The notes under the pieces were generated by a model. The model was not told the DNA's origin. It ran no database searches and saw only the letters and a program-made list of their open reading frames with translations. Positions 10,252-20,500 of a DNA stretch of 64,000 nucleotides are shown here, piece by piece (positions within the stretch are counted from its first letter, which is position 1; every line of letters starts with the position of its first letter). The DNA comes from Armatimonadota bacterium (GTDB lineage: Bacteria; Armatimonadota; HRBIN16), in contig OY781964.1 of NCBI GenBank assembly GCA_963677485.1, positions 1,824,001-1,888,000 of the forward strand. Reading direction: 5' to 3'. A program made the translations under genes and the position numbers.

Positions 10252-10575
10252 AATGACCTCCTGAGACCGGGTGTACGGTATCAGTATACCCATTCTGGAT
10301 TGAGCAGATGGGATTCAACGCAAGGGCGCAAAGAAGCAAAGGCGCAAAGGTATGTGACCGAACCGGGTGGTCGGTTTGACATTGCTTGGCCGATTACCAT
10401 TGCATCCTTTGCCCCTCTGCGCCTTTGCGTTAAGTATTGGCTATTCGTGTCCATTCGTGTCCATTCGTGGTTAACGAGCCACAACAAGACGAGTAGGATG
10501 AGTAGGACGAGTAGGACAAGGGTTGGCTGCAGCCATTCGTGTTTTCGTGGTTAAGCGATTACTACCCCCTATAAC

Positions 10576-10609
10576 AAAAAGGCCGGTGCGGGTTTGCCGC
10601 ACCGGCCTT
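10576..10609 (-). terminator. Rho-independent terminator of the oxidoreductase-isomerase-zinc finger operon
   Basis: GGCCGGTGCGG/CCGCACCGGCC stem followed by T-tract on the minus strand. Confidence 0.8.
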
Positions 10610-10625
10610 AGGGTCTATGGCCTGA

Positions 10626-10937
10626 CTATTCGAACATCTCGAAGATGCCGCCCAGGAACCCCTTCTTCTTTTGTTTACGGGGATCGGTGCTGCCACCACG
10701 ATGGTCGTCGTCATCACCGAATCGATGACCTCGATGATCGTCATCATCATCGTCGTCGTCACGATCTCGTCGGATCGACCGGTCATCCAGGCTTCCGCTG
10801 CCGCGTAGTTCAAGCTGCATCAGCTTCTCCAACTCACCGCGGTCCAGCCATACACCTTTGCATTGGGGGCATACGTCGATCTCGATTCCGCTTCTATCTA
10901 CTGCGCGAAGCGTATTGTTGCATACGGGGCACTGCAT
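10626..10937 (-). CDS. zf-TFIIB (transcription factor zinc-finger) domain protein
   Basis: MQCPVC...IEIDVCPQCKGVWLDRGELEKL and KKKGFLGGIFEMFE C-terminus; poly-Asp linker. Confidence 0.9.
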   Translation of the reverse strand: MQCPVCNNTLRAVDRSGIEIDVCPQCKGVWLDRGELEKLMQLELRGSGSLDDRSIRRDRDDDDDDDDHRGHRFGDDDDHRGGSTDPRKQKKKGFLGGIFEMFE

Positions 10938-10968
10938 CGGGCACTCTCCAGTATTTGTGTTGGGTCTA

Positions 10969-11745
10969 CTAGAAACTACGCAAATACTCGATGGCCCGTT
11001 TCACGTCACCGATGGGATCATCGCCCGCTTCACGCTCGATGGTGTAGGCTCCGTTGTAGCCATGGGCCTTCAGAGTGCCGATATAGCCTGGCCACGGCAC
11101 ATCACCCTCGCCTATCGGGGCTTCCCGCCACTTGCCAGGATCGACATAACCATCTTTGGCATGGGTATGCACGATGTAGGGCATCAGCGCATCAACCGCC
11201 TCGAACAGGTCGTAGCCCGCCATGGTCAGGTTGGCCGGGTCGAAGTTGACCCGCACCGCACTCGTCTTCAGTGTTTCGAGGAAAGCGCGCAGCACAGGGC
11301 CGCTCTCGGGGCCGGTTTCGGTGGCGAAGACCACGCCCTTGTCTTCCGCATACTTGCCGATTTGGTTCAGCGCATCAGCCATCACTTCCCATGTGGCATC
11401 GGGCTTCGATGGCACCGTGCCGATGTGCGTGGTGATGATGCCCACACCCAGATCACGGGCCAAGTCAACCTGAGCCTGCAGCATCGGGATAAGCTGCTTG
11501 TTGCGCTCCGCATCCACCATGCCCAGACCGAAGTCCGCGCAGGTGGCGGAGATCGTCAGGCCAAGATCCGCCACAAACTGCTTGAACTCCGCACGGGCCG
11601 CCGCGTCACAGTTCTCAGGTAGAAGCTCTCCGGTGGTGGTAAATATCTGGAAGCTGCTCAGTCCCAGCTCTTTGACTTTTCGTATACCGTCGCGAAGGGG
11701 CAGTTTTAGGTTATCTGCAAACACACCGATCTGTAGACTACTCAT
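10969..11745 (-). CDS. Sugar phosphate isomerase/epimerase (xylose isomerase-like TIM barrel)
   Basis: FATETGPE, VNFDPAN, HTHAKD, YTIERE motifs. Confidence 0.9.
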   Translation of the reverse strand: MSSLQIGVFADNLKLPLRDGIRKVKELGLSSFQIFTTTGELLPENCDAAARAEFKQFVADLGLTISATCADFGLGMVDAERNKQLIPMLQAQVDLARDLGVGIITTHIGTVPSKPDATWEVMADALNQIGKYAEDKGVVFATETGPESGPVLRAFLETLKTSAVRVNFDPANLTMAGYDLFEAVDALMPYIVHTHAKDGYVDPGKWREAPIGEGDVPWPGYIGTLKAHGYNGAYTIEREAGDDPIGDVKRAIEYLRSF

Positions 11746-11777
11746 TGAATATCTCCTGCATTCCGATCTCGTAACAA

Positions 11778-12815
11778 CTATATTTTAACCGGCTCGCCGG
11801 TCTCTGCGCTCTTGTACAGGGCATCCAGTATCTCCATCACGATCAAGCCCTCTTCGCCGGTGGCGGGGTGAGGGGTGTCGGTCTTGATGGCTTCCAGGAA
11901 GGTGTACATCGCGCCGTGTGATCCTGGAACAGGCGGGTGGAGCGTCATATCGAACTGGCATCCGGCCCGCTCGACGAAGAGCTCCGCCTCAAAGTCGTAT
12001 CCCTGGTTGCGGTTGCGCTGCACCAGGCCGCCCTCGGTGCCCAGCAGACGGGTTTCCATCAGCTCATTTTCCTTGATGTTGGAGGCCCAGCTCGCCTCTA
12101 CCTCAAGGGTGGCGCCGTTCTCAAAGCGGATCATGCCCACCGCCATATCTTCCACGGTGTATTCCTTGCCGTTCTGCTTGGCCAGTTTGCTGGCGATGTG
12201 GTTATATGCACCCGCCAAAACCCACTTCGGCTTGGGATATCCCATCAGCCACAAGGCCAGGTCCAGGCGATGCACACCCAGGTCGATCAGCGGACCGCCC
12301 CCGGCGAGCTCTTTGCTGGTAAACCAGCCGCCCATACCTGGGATGCCGCGCCGGCGCAGCCAGATGGTGCGCGCGAAATAGATGTCGCCCAAAATTCCGG
12401 TCTCAACTTGCGCCTTGAGTGCCTGGCTCTGCTCGGAGAATCGGTAGCTGAAGTCGATCATCAGCCGCTTTTTCGCATTTTTGCTGGCAGCCAGCATCTC
12501 GCGTGCTTCGTCGGCGCTCATCGCCATCGGCTTCTCACACAGAACGTGGCATCCGGCTTTGAAACCGGCCACGGTCACCTCTTTATGCACCGAGTTGGGG
12601 GTGCAGACGCTCAGCACATCCAGCTTCTCTTTGGCCAGCATCTCTTTATAATCGGTGTATCGGTTAGCCGCGTTCAGGTTGTCTGCCACCGTCTTCAGGC
12701 GGTCGGGGTTCATGTCGCACAGGGCCACAATCTCCGCTGAGGGGTGCGTCAGATAGCCGTTGGCGTGGTGCTGGCCGATGCCCAGACCCACGATACCTAT
12801 TCTTATTTTCTTCAA
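11778..12815 (-). CDS. Gfo/Idh/MocA family oxidoreductase
   Basis: IGIVGLGIG, HVLCEKPMA, GGGPLIDLGVH motifs. Confidence 0.92.
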   Translation of the reverse strand: MKKIRIGIVGLGIGQHHANGYLTHPSAEIVALCDMNPDRLKTVADNLNAANRYTDYKEMLAKEKLDVLSVCTPNSVHKEVTVAGFKAGCHVLCEKPMAMSADEAREMLAASKNAKKRLMIDFSYRFSEQSQALKAQVETGILGDIYFARTIWLRRRGIPGMGGWFTSKELAGGGPLIDLGVHRLDLALWLMGYPKPKWVLAGAYNHIASKLAKQNGKEYTVEDMAVGMIRFENGATLEVEASWASNIKENELMETRLLGTEGGLVQRNRNQGYDFEAELFVERAGCQFDMTLHPPVPGSHGAMYTFLEAIKTDTPHPATGEEGLIVMEILDALYKSAETGEPVKI

Positions 12816-12972
12816 AATGAGTGCTCCTTATCGCCGAATTATCTGCGGTTTCGGTTCATGATATATCACCGCCCGGGTAATTTCAATAGGTGGGGTAATG
12901 TGGGGTATATACCATCAGCCTATGTGTATGAGTTTGCCAATTAGCCAAATGTCATGGCTCAGCCTTGTTTGC

Positions 12973-13827
12973 CTATGTCCGGGGCGGTCTGTCGGTACGC
13001 TAACACTAACAGAAGGCTGTAGACCGCGCCGGTCTGGCGGATAGCCGGAATTCGCTTGACCCGCATGAACAAGACCGGCGCGGTTAGGGAAAACCGCCCC
13101 GGACAATGGCAATTGGTTGTTTTAGGAAGTCATGAAGGACTATGTCCGGAGCGGTCTGTCGGTACACTAACACTGACAGAAGGCCTCAGACCGCGCCGGT
13201 CTGGCGGATAGCCGGAATTCGCTGGACCCGTATGAACAAGACCGGCGCGGTTAGGGAAAACCGCCCCGGACAATGGCAATTGGTTGATTCGGGAAGTCAT
13301 GAATGCCTATGTCTGGGGCGGTCTGTCGGTACGCTAACACTGACAGAAGGCCGTAGACCGTGCCGGTCTGGCGGATAGCCTCAGTTCTCTTGACCCGATG
13401 AACAAGACCGGCGCGGTTAGGAAAAACCGCCCCGGACAATGGTAATTGGTTGTTTTAGGAAGTCATGAATGCCTATGTCCGGGGCGGTCTGTCGGTACGC
13501 TAACACTAACAGAAGGCTGTAGACCGCGCCGGTCTGGCGGATAACCTCAGTTCTCTTGACCCGATGAACAAGACCGGCGCGGTTAGGGAAAACCGCCCCG
13601 GACAATGGCAATTGGTAGTTTTAGGAAGTCATGAAGGACTATGTCCGGGGCGGTCTGTCGGTACGCTAACACTGACAGAAGGCTGTAGACCGCGCCGGTC
13701 TGGCGGATAGCCTCAGTTCTCTTGACCCGCATGAACAACACCGGCGCGGTTAGGGAAAACCGCCCCGGACAGTGGCAATTGGTTGTTTTATGAAGTCATG
13801 AATGCCTTTGTCCGGGCGGTCTGTCGG
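12973..13827. repeat. Tandem array of five 166-167 bp palindromic units plus a partial sixth (repeat family A)
   Basis: Units start CTATGTCCGGGGCGGTCTGTC at 12973, 13140, 13307, 13473, 13639 and 13806 (partial); nested inverted repeats TGTCCGGGGCGGT/ACCGCCCCGGACA and GACCGCGCCGGTCT/AGACCGGCGCGGT. Confidence 0.95.
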
Positions 13828-13838
13828 CCGATGAATCT

Positions 13839-13865
13839 GGGGCAAGCACGGGGGCTTGCCCCTAC
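13839..13865 (-). repeat. GTAG-type REP-like palindrome (family B)
   Basis: GGGGCAAGCACGGGGGCTTGCCCCTAC; reads GTAG + hairpin on the minus strand. Confidence 0.65.
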
Positions 13866-13871
13866 GGTTCG

Positions 13872-16800
13872 CTACTTCACGCTGAGCTCCACGCGGCCCG
13901 ATAAGCCGGTGAGGTCGATTAGCCCAGTCTTCGCATCGAAGTGGCTCCAGGCCTGACCATTTACGGTGACCGCCTTGATTTTGCCCATGGGCACGCACAG
14001 CTCCACGCGAGCTGGCTTCAGATCGCCCGTGGGTATCTGCACAATGGCGTCCACCCGCAGAGGCTTCTGCTGGGGCCGCAGTTCATAGCTCACCACGCCA
14101 AAACGGGTGGGCAGGTTCTTTACCACGACTGGTTTGTCACCCTTCATCCAGTCTGACGGGATGAACGGAGCCAGCCGTAGGGTGTCGTCGAAGTCGGTGA
14201 CCATCATCATGCGGCTCTGGTGCAAGAACCCGCCTGTTTCGTGCGTCTTGTTGAAGGCGCCTGGGAAGAAGTGCTCCCAAACGGAGAGGTCCTCCTTATT
14301 CAGCAGCGAGGAGATGTTGTTGAAGTAGGTGCGGATATACGCTTTGCGGTTGTCAAGCATGGCATATATCTCGGCATGGCGCGAGTAATAAGGCTGCACC
14401 TTGGCATATCCGCCGCGGTTGAACCAGTCAGCGCGGTTGCCGGCCTCGTCGTAGCGGTTCCAGCCGCTGTTGAGGAAGTAGGTGTCCTCCATGTGCTGCA
14501 GCATCGGCTCCACGGCGGCATCGGTGGCCGCCATCACGCCAAGCGGTACCATATGGTGTGATCCCAGTTCTACGTCATAGGCCCAGCTTCGGCCCACATC
14601 AAAACCTGGGTAGAGGGCTGCGACAGGCCCAGGGCACAGCGCATGGGTGGGATACATGGGCACCCATCGGCCATCGGCCAGAGGCACCACCGGGGCCTGT
14701 TGGCGTATGAGGTTGAAGGAGCGCATGATGCACTCTTTCAAATCCTGTGCGTCTTTATTCAGTTTAGCCGCCTCGGGAACACCCACCGAAGCCAATGCCT
14801 TGGAGGCCGCATTCAAGCCAGCGTAATAGTAGCCGTTCAGATAGTAATAAGGCGCATACACCTCCCAGTCGGCCATCACGCCGGGGGGCATCATGCCCCA
14901 CTCGGGCACCTTGCTGCCGTCCGGGTTGGTATGCATCGTCTTGAGCCGCTGGTCGGCAATCCACTGGCTGGCGCGTGTGATGGTGGGTGCGTTTTGCTTC
15001 ACCCACTCTTGGACAGGGAAGAGCGAGGCGTATTCGCCCAGTGTCCAGAGGTGCCATCCGGTGCCCATCAGGGTGTAGCCGGTGGTGAGGTAGCCTTTGT
15101 CGTTGACCTGGTTGAGGAAGAACTGCAGGCCGCGTTGGGTGAAGTCCCCTTCACCCATGGCCATCATGCCTCGGATGACGGAGTGCGACTCGCTCTCCAA
15201 CGGACCGTAGTATGTGGACGCGATCCAGGGCACGACCAGTTTGCCTTTCTGCTCGTTGCGAGCGGCCATCCAGCAGTGGATGCGGTTGGCCTGGATAGCG
15301 TGCTGAAGCATCGGGTCGGGCAGCTCGATCTGCGCGCCGCTCTTTTCCACCGAACCCCAGTATTTGCGCAGCGAATCTGCGGGCGTGCCGAGGTTCAACT
15401 GCGCCTGAAGCTGCTGAGTCGTCATGCTAGTGCTGGGCAGTGCCAGCCATACTTTAGCACTCTGTCCCGGTTGCAGCTTGCCGGAGGCAGTATATGCTCC
15501 GCCTTCGGTAGTGCTCTTCCAGCCAGGCTGGTCGCACCCCAGATATGCGCTGTAGCCGTTAGGCAGCGCGATGGTGCTGACCGCGCCGTCACTGGTGATG
15601 GCCATCAGATTGCTGCCGACCCTGCCGCTGATCTGCACTGAGCCATCTGCAGCTTCGGTGCCGGTGTTCATGGCAGTGTATTCTGCGACGAACACCACCG
15701 CATCGCGGTACCAGGCGGGGGAACCCTGCGGTGCTTCACCGAGGGGCAGCACGGTGCTGCTCTGGTGATACTGCACTTTTCCTTCGTGGTAGGTGACCTG
15801 CGGCGAGGGCAGGTAGCCGTCCAGCATAGTCCGGCTCACGAACTCCGCTTTGGTACCCAGTTTGGGCGTGACCACCCATGGGTAACTCCGGCCGATATTT
15901 CCCTGGGTCATGGCCAGCATGGTGGGGCTCCAGTCCAGGCTGAACTCCCCGGATCGCTCCGCCAGTATCTTGTGCTGACCAGCCGCCAGTGAGAGCAGCG
16001 TGGGGCCTGCGTCCTGTTCCGGCCAGGTGAGGTGTTTGATCGCCTGGCTGAAGCTCTGCTCCGGCATCTTTTGGATGCGGGCTAGTATGGTGCTGCCGCG
16101 CTTGGTCGGAGCTCCAGCTGGCAGGGGTGCCAAACCGGCCTCCAGACTGAACTCCGGTGCCCAGATGCGCTTGTTTTTGATCATATCGTCGATGCCCAAA
16201 CCGCATCCGCCGTCACGCCACTTCAGCACCAGGCGAGAGCTGTCCTGAGGGGCATAGTTGCTATCGGCGACCAATAGTTTAAGGGTTAAAGGTGCCTTGC
16301 GATCCCACTGCACGTTCAGAGCATCGGGAGACTTCTGCAGATAGCAGTTATACAGCTCTATCGTGGTGGGAGAGCCGCTTCCGCGCAGTTGGATGGTGAG
16401 CGGCTTGAACAGCGTCCGGCTGTATGCCAGAGGCCGTCCGACCAGGGCGCTGTCGGTCACGCCGTTGATCAGCCAGCGGATCTTCAGGCTGCCCGGTGTG
16501 GAGAGGCGTGTGCTGTTGACGGTGGGGACGAACACCGCACGGCCATCCTGCAGTGACAAATCACCCTCAAATGGTTCCCAGGTGCCCTGCCATCGTGAGC
16601 CGCCACCCGTGATGTGCTTAGTCTCCCACACCCAGTGCTGCACACTGATCTGCGAGAGTTTGATTCCGCTGCTGGCGGGAACCGGCAGCTCCATCTTGCT
16701 CAGTTTGCGCCGTTCGATCCACTCCAGCCCGACACAGCCGAGTCCATTGATGGGGTTGAGCTTCACCATCCCGGCCGAGTTGGCCTTCAGAGGCGTGCCC

Positions 16801-17450
16801 ACATATAGCTCATCCGCAGGGAACTCCTGCGTGCGTCCGTTGGGAGCTCCTTCGGTGCGGTGACCGTCCCACTCCATGAGCTGGGCAAAGCGGCCGATCT
16901 CAATCTGGGGGCGTTGAGATATCGGAAGACTGGCAGGGTCTGTGATGAATCGGGCATCGCAGAGCACCGGCATATCGCAGGAGAGGCCATCGCCTGCATC
17001 ATCGGTGAGTATTTGCATCATCTGCACCCCCTTCACCTTTAGTGAAAGTGCCACCGGCTTGTCGCCGTTGCGCATGATCTTGCTTTGGTAGATGCGCTTG
17101 CCATCGGCCAGGATCGACATCCGGATGCTGGCGCTGTCGTACTGCTGCTTCTGCACACCCACCTGCGCTTCGAAGCGTTCATACATGCCGCCCAGCTCGA
17201 TCAGCGTCTGGCTAGGAGCGTGGATGCCGATGCCGCGCTTGTAGGGTGTGGTGCCGATCTGCAGCGGCTCTGCCGCCTTGGTGGCCTCGTGTGCGGCACC
17301 GTTGATGCCCATCACACCCCATCCCTGGTTGTGCTGCACGATCAGCGAGAGGTGCTCATCGAGATAATGGGCCTGCGGGGCATCGGCTAAAGCGCCAAGC
17401 CCAATTACCGTGAACATCAGCGTCAAGAGTATCATGAGCCTCGAATGCAT
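13872..17450 (-). CDS. Secreted NPCBM/NEW2-domain protein with probable (alpha/alpha)6 glycoside hydrolase domain
   Basis: Signal peptide; PLQIGTTPYKRGIGIHAPS...FEAQVGV...TDDAGDG NPCBM motif; aromatic-rich helical C-terminal catalytic-like region. Confidence 0.8.
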   Translation of the reverse strand: MHSRLMILLTLMFTVIGLGALADAPQAHYLDEHLSLIVQHNQGWGVMGINGAAHEATKAAEPLQIGTTPYKRGIGIHAPSQTLIELGGMYERFEAQVGVQKQQYDSASIRMSILADGKRIYQSKIMRNGDKPVALSLKVKGVQMMQILTDDAGDGLSCDMPVLCDARFITDPASLPISQRPQIEIGRFAQLMEWDGHRTEGAPNGRTQEFPADELYVGTPLKANSAGMVKLNPINGLGCVGLEWIERRKLSKMELPVPASSGIKLSQISVQHWVWETKHITGGGSRWQGTWEPFEGDLSLQDGRAVFVPTVNSTRLSTPGSLKIRWLINGVTDSALVGRPLAYSRTLFKPLTIQLRGSGSPTTIELYNCYLQKSPDALNVQWDRKAPLTLKLLVADSNYAPQDSSRLVLKWRDGGCGLGIDDMIKNKRIWAPEFSLEAGLAPLPAGAPTKRGSTILARIQKMPEQSFSQAIKHLTWPEQDAGPTLLSLAAGQHKILAERSGEFSLDWSPTMLAMTQGNIGRSYPWVVTPKLGTKAEFVSRTMLDGYLPSPQVTYHEGKVQYHQSSTVLPLGEAPQGSPAWYRDAVVFVAEYTAMNTGTEAADGSVQISGRVGSNLMAITSDGAVSTIALPNGYSAYLGCDQPGWKSTTEGGAYTASGKLQPGQSAKVWLALPSTSMTTQQLQAQLNLGTPADSLRKYWGSVEKSGAQIELPDPMLQHAIQANRIHCWMAARNEQKGKLVVPWIASTYYGPLESESHSVIRGMMAMGEGDFTQRGLQFFLNQVNDKGYLTTGYTLMGTGWHLWTLGEYASLFPVQEWVKQNAPTITRASQWIADQRLKTMHTNPDGSKVPEWGMMPPGVMADWEVYAPYYYLNGYYYAGLNAASKALASVGVPEAAKLNKDAQDLKECIMRSFNLIRQQAPVVPLADGRWVPMYPTHALCPGPVAALYPGFDVGRSWAYDVELGSHHMVPLGVMAATDAAVEPMLQHMEDTYFLNSGWNRYDEAGNRADWFNRGGYAKVQPYYSRHAEIYAMLDNRKAYIRTYFNNISSLLNKEDLSVWEHFFPGAFNKTHETGGFLHQSRMMMVTDFDDTLRLAPFIPSDWMKGDKPVVVKNLPTRFGVVSYELRPQQKPLRVDAIVQIPTGDLKPARVELCVPMGKIKAVTVNGQAWSHFDAKTGLIDLTGLSGRVELSVK

Positions 17451-17540
17451 TGGTATCCTCCAAGGGTGTATTTAGCATATCCCCATCTGTATTATCCGCG
17501 GATGGACGCAGATGGACACGGATGGGGACGGGGAATGCAC

Positions 17541-17586
17541 GTAGGGGCACGGCGCGCCGTGCCCTGGGGCGAGGCACGCCTCGCCC
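17541..17586 (+). repeat. GTAG-type REP-like palindromes (family B)
   Basis: GTAGGGGCACGGCGCGCCGTGCCCT followed by GGGCGAGGCACGCCTCGCCC. Confidence 0.7.
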
Positions 17587-17594
17587 AAACGCCA

Positions 17595-20500
17595 TTATTT
17601 CACCGACACCTGCACATTGCCGGTGAGGCCGGTGAGGTCGATGAGCCCAGTCTTCGCGTCAAAGCGGCTCCAAGCCTGACCATTCACACGGACGGAGCTT
17701 ATCTTACCTATTGGTATACACAGCTCCACACGGGCTGGCTTCAGACCGCCCGTAGGAATCTGCACACTGGCCTCAATCCGTGATGGGTTCTTGTGCGGCT
17801 GTATCTCGTAACTCACCACACCGAAGCGGGTGGGCAGGTTCTTCGCCACGATCGGCTTGTCACCCTTCATCCAGTCTGATGGCACGAACGGTGCAAGGCG
17901 CAGCGTGTCATCGAAGTCGGTGACCAGCATCATGCGGCTCTGGTGCAGGAAGCCGCCGGTTTCGTGCGTCTTGTTGAAGGCTCCAAAGAAGAAGTGCTCC
18001 CAAATAGAAAGGTCCTCTTTGTTCAGCAGCGAGGCGATGTTGTTGAAGTAGGTGCGAATGAATGCCTTGCGGTTGTCCAGCATGGCGTAGATTTCGGCAT
18101 GGCGTGAGTAATACGGCTGCACCTTAGCAAACCCGCCGCGGTTGAACCAGTCGGCGCGGTTACCGGCTTCATCGTAGCGGTTCCAACCGCTTTTAAGGAA
18201 GTAGGTGTCCTCCATGTGCTCTATCATCGGCTGCACAGCAGGGTCGGAGGGTGACATCACGCCGAAGGTCACCAGGTGATGGGCACCCAGCTCGATGTCA
18301 TAGCACCAGCTTCGTCCCGCGTCAAAACCCGGGTAGAGGTCCACCACAGGTTCCGGGCAGTAGGCGTGGGTGGGATACATCGGCACCCAGCGGCCATCGT
18401 TGAGCGGTACGACCGGTGCCTGCTGGCTGATGTTGTGGAAGGCGCGCATGATGCACTTGGACATGTCATTCGCTTCCGCATTGAACTCAGCAGCTTCAGG
18501 GATACCTATTGAAGCCAACGCCTGGGCAGCCTGCTTCAGTCCGGCGTAGTAATAGCCGTTCAGGTAGAAGTAATAGGAATAGACCTCCCAGTCGGCCATT
18601 ACGCCAGGAGGCATCAGGCCCCACTCGTCCACTTTGCTGCCATCGGGATTGGTATGCATGGTCTTGTGGCGCTGCTCAATGATCCACTTGCATGTGCGCA
18701 CGAGCGTCTCTGAGTTCTGCTTGACCCAGTCTTTTACAGGATACAGCGAGGCATACTCACCGAGGCACCAGAGGTGCCAGCCGGTGCCCATGACGGTGTA
18801 TCCGGTAGTGAGGTATCCCCTCGGGTTCACCTGATCTTCGAAGAACTGCAGGCCGCGCTGAGCGAAGTCCTGCTCGCCCATCACCATCATGCCGCGGATT
18901 ACGGCGTGCGATTCGCTCTCCAGCGGACCGTAGTTGGTGGAGGCGATCCAGGGGGCTACTATGTTGCCCTTGGACTCGTTGCGGGCGGCCATCCAGCAGT
19001 GGATGCGGCTGGCCTGAATAGTGTGCTGCAGCATGGCATCGGGCAGTTGAATCTGTGTGGCGTTCTTTTCCACTAAATTCCAGTAGCTGCGCAGCGAATC
19101 TTCCGGATTGCCACCAGCCAGTTTGGCTTGAACCTGCTGCGCGGTCATATCGGTGCTGGGTATCACCAGCCACATTTTGGCCGATTGGCCAGGCTGCAAC
19201 ATGCCAGAAGCGGTGTAGGTGTTGCTCTTTGCGTTACCGGTGAAGCTGGCGCCTTCGCACCACATCCATGCGGTATACCCATTTGGCAGGCTGATCCTGC
19301 TGATGTTGCCTTCGGTGGCTATATTCTGCGGCTCGCTGCCCACTCTGGCGCTCATCTGCACAGAGGCTGCGGCTGCGTCCTTCCCGGTGTTCGTGGCGGT
19401 GATTTGCTGCACGTACATCACAGCATCCCGGTACCAGCTCGGTGAGCCTTGAGGGGCGTCGCCCAGAGGCAGCACGCTGCCGCTCTGATGGTAACGCACT
19501 TTTCCTTCGATGTGGTCGATCTGCGGCGACGGCAGGTAGCCGTCCAGCATGGTTCGTGACACGAATTCGGCCTTATTCACTCCGATTTTGGGCGCGATGA
19601 CCCAGCTGTAGCTGCGTCCGATGCCGCCCTGCACCATCGCCAGGATGCTGAGGCTCCAGTCGAAGTTGATCTCGCCGGTTCGTTCCGCCAGTATCTTGTG
19701 CTGGCCAGCGGCTAGTGATAAAAGCGTCGGGCCTGTGTCCTTCTCCGGCCACGCAAGCGCCTTGAGGGCCTGCTTGAATGTCTGCTCGGGCATACTTTGG
19801 ATGCGGGTCAGTGTGGTTTCGCCATGTTTGACCGGCGCGCTTTTCGGCAGCGGAGCGATACCGGCTTCAAGATTGTACTCCGGTGCCCAGATGCGCTTAT
19901 TGTTGATCATATCATTGATGCTCAAACCGCATCCGCCACCGGCCCACTTCAGCACCAGCCGAGAACTGTCCTGCGGCGAGTAGTGGCTTTCAAACATGAT
20001 CAGCTTGAGGGTGAGCGGCGACTTGCGGTCCCAATTCACGCTCAAGGCATCTGGTGAATCCGCCAGATAGCAATTATAGAGTTGGATGCTGGCTGGTGAG
20101 CTGCCCACACCACGGAGCTGCACTGTGACGGGGCTGGCCAGGGTGCGCGTGTAGACCAGCGGGCGGCCAACAAAAGCGGCTGCGCTTAGACCGTTGATCA
20201 GCCAGCGCACTTTCAACACGCCGCCCACGGTGATCTGTGCCCCCAGTGAGGTCGTGCTGAACACCACGCGGCCGTCCTTCACGCTGAGCTGACCATTCAT
20301 CGATACCCAGGCACCTTGCCAGCGAGAGCCGCCGTTCATGTACTTAGGCTCCCAAGCCCACTGCTGCAGCGTGACTTGTGAGGGTTTGATACTGCTTCCT
20401 GCGGTGATCGGCAGCTCCAGGCGGCTGATGCGCCGTCGCTCGATCCACTCCAGCCCGATGCAGCCAAGCCCGTTGATGGGGTTGACCTTCACCAGGCCGT

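Noticed and set aside
10700-10770. GAT/GAC repeats as a phase-variable tract
   Set aside because: In-frame, mixed-codon poly-Asp linker typical of this zinc-finger family
13092-13104. Family A TIR (AACCGCCCCGG) as a bridge RNA target
   Set aside because: Matches the left guide but has CG in place of the CT core and no match to the right guide
12973-13827. CRISPR or TIGR-like guide array
   Set aside because: Units are near-identical throughout with no unique spacers; 167-bp period; no cas or Nop-domain gene nearby
12915-13998. Short repeated ORFs (MSGAVFPNRAGLV...) in the array and at 50964-51510
   Set aside because: By-products of the repeat; frame shifts between units; no RBS
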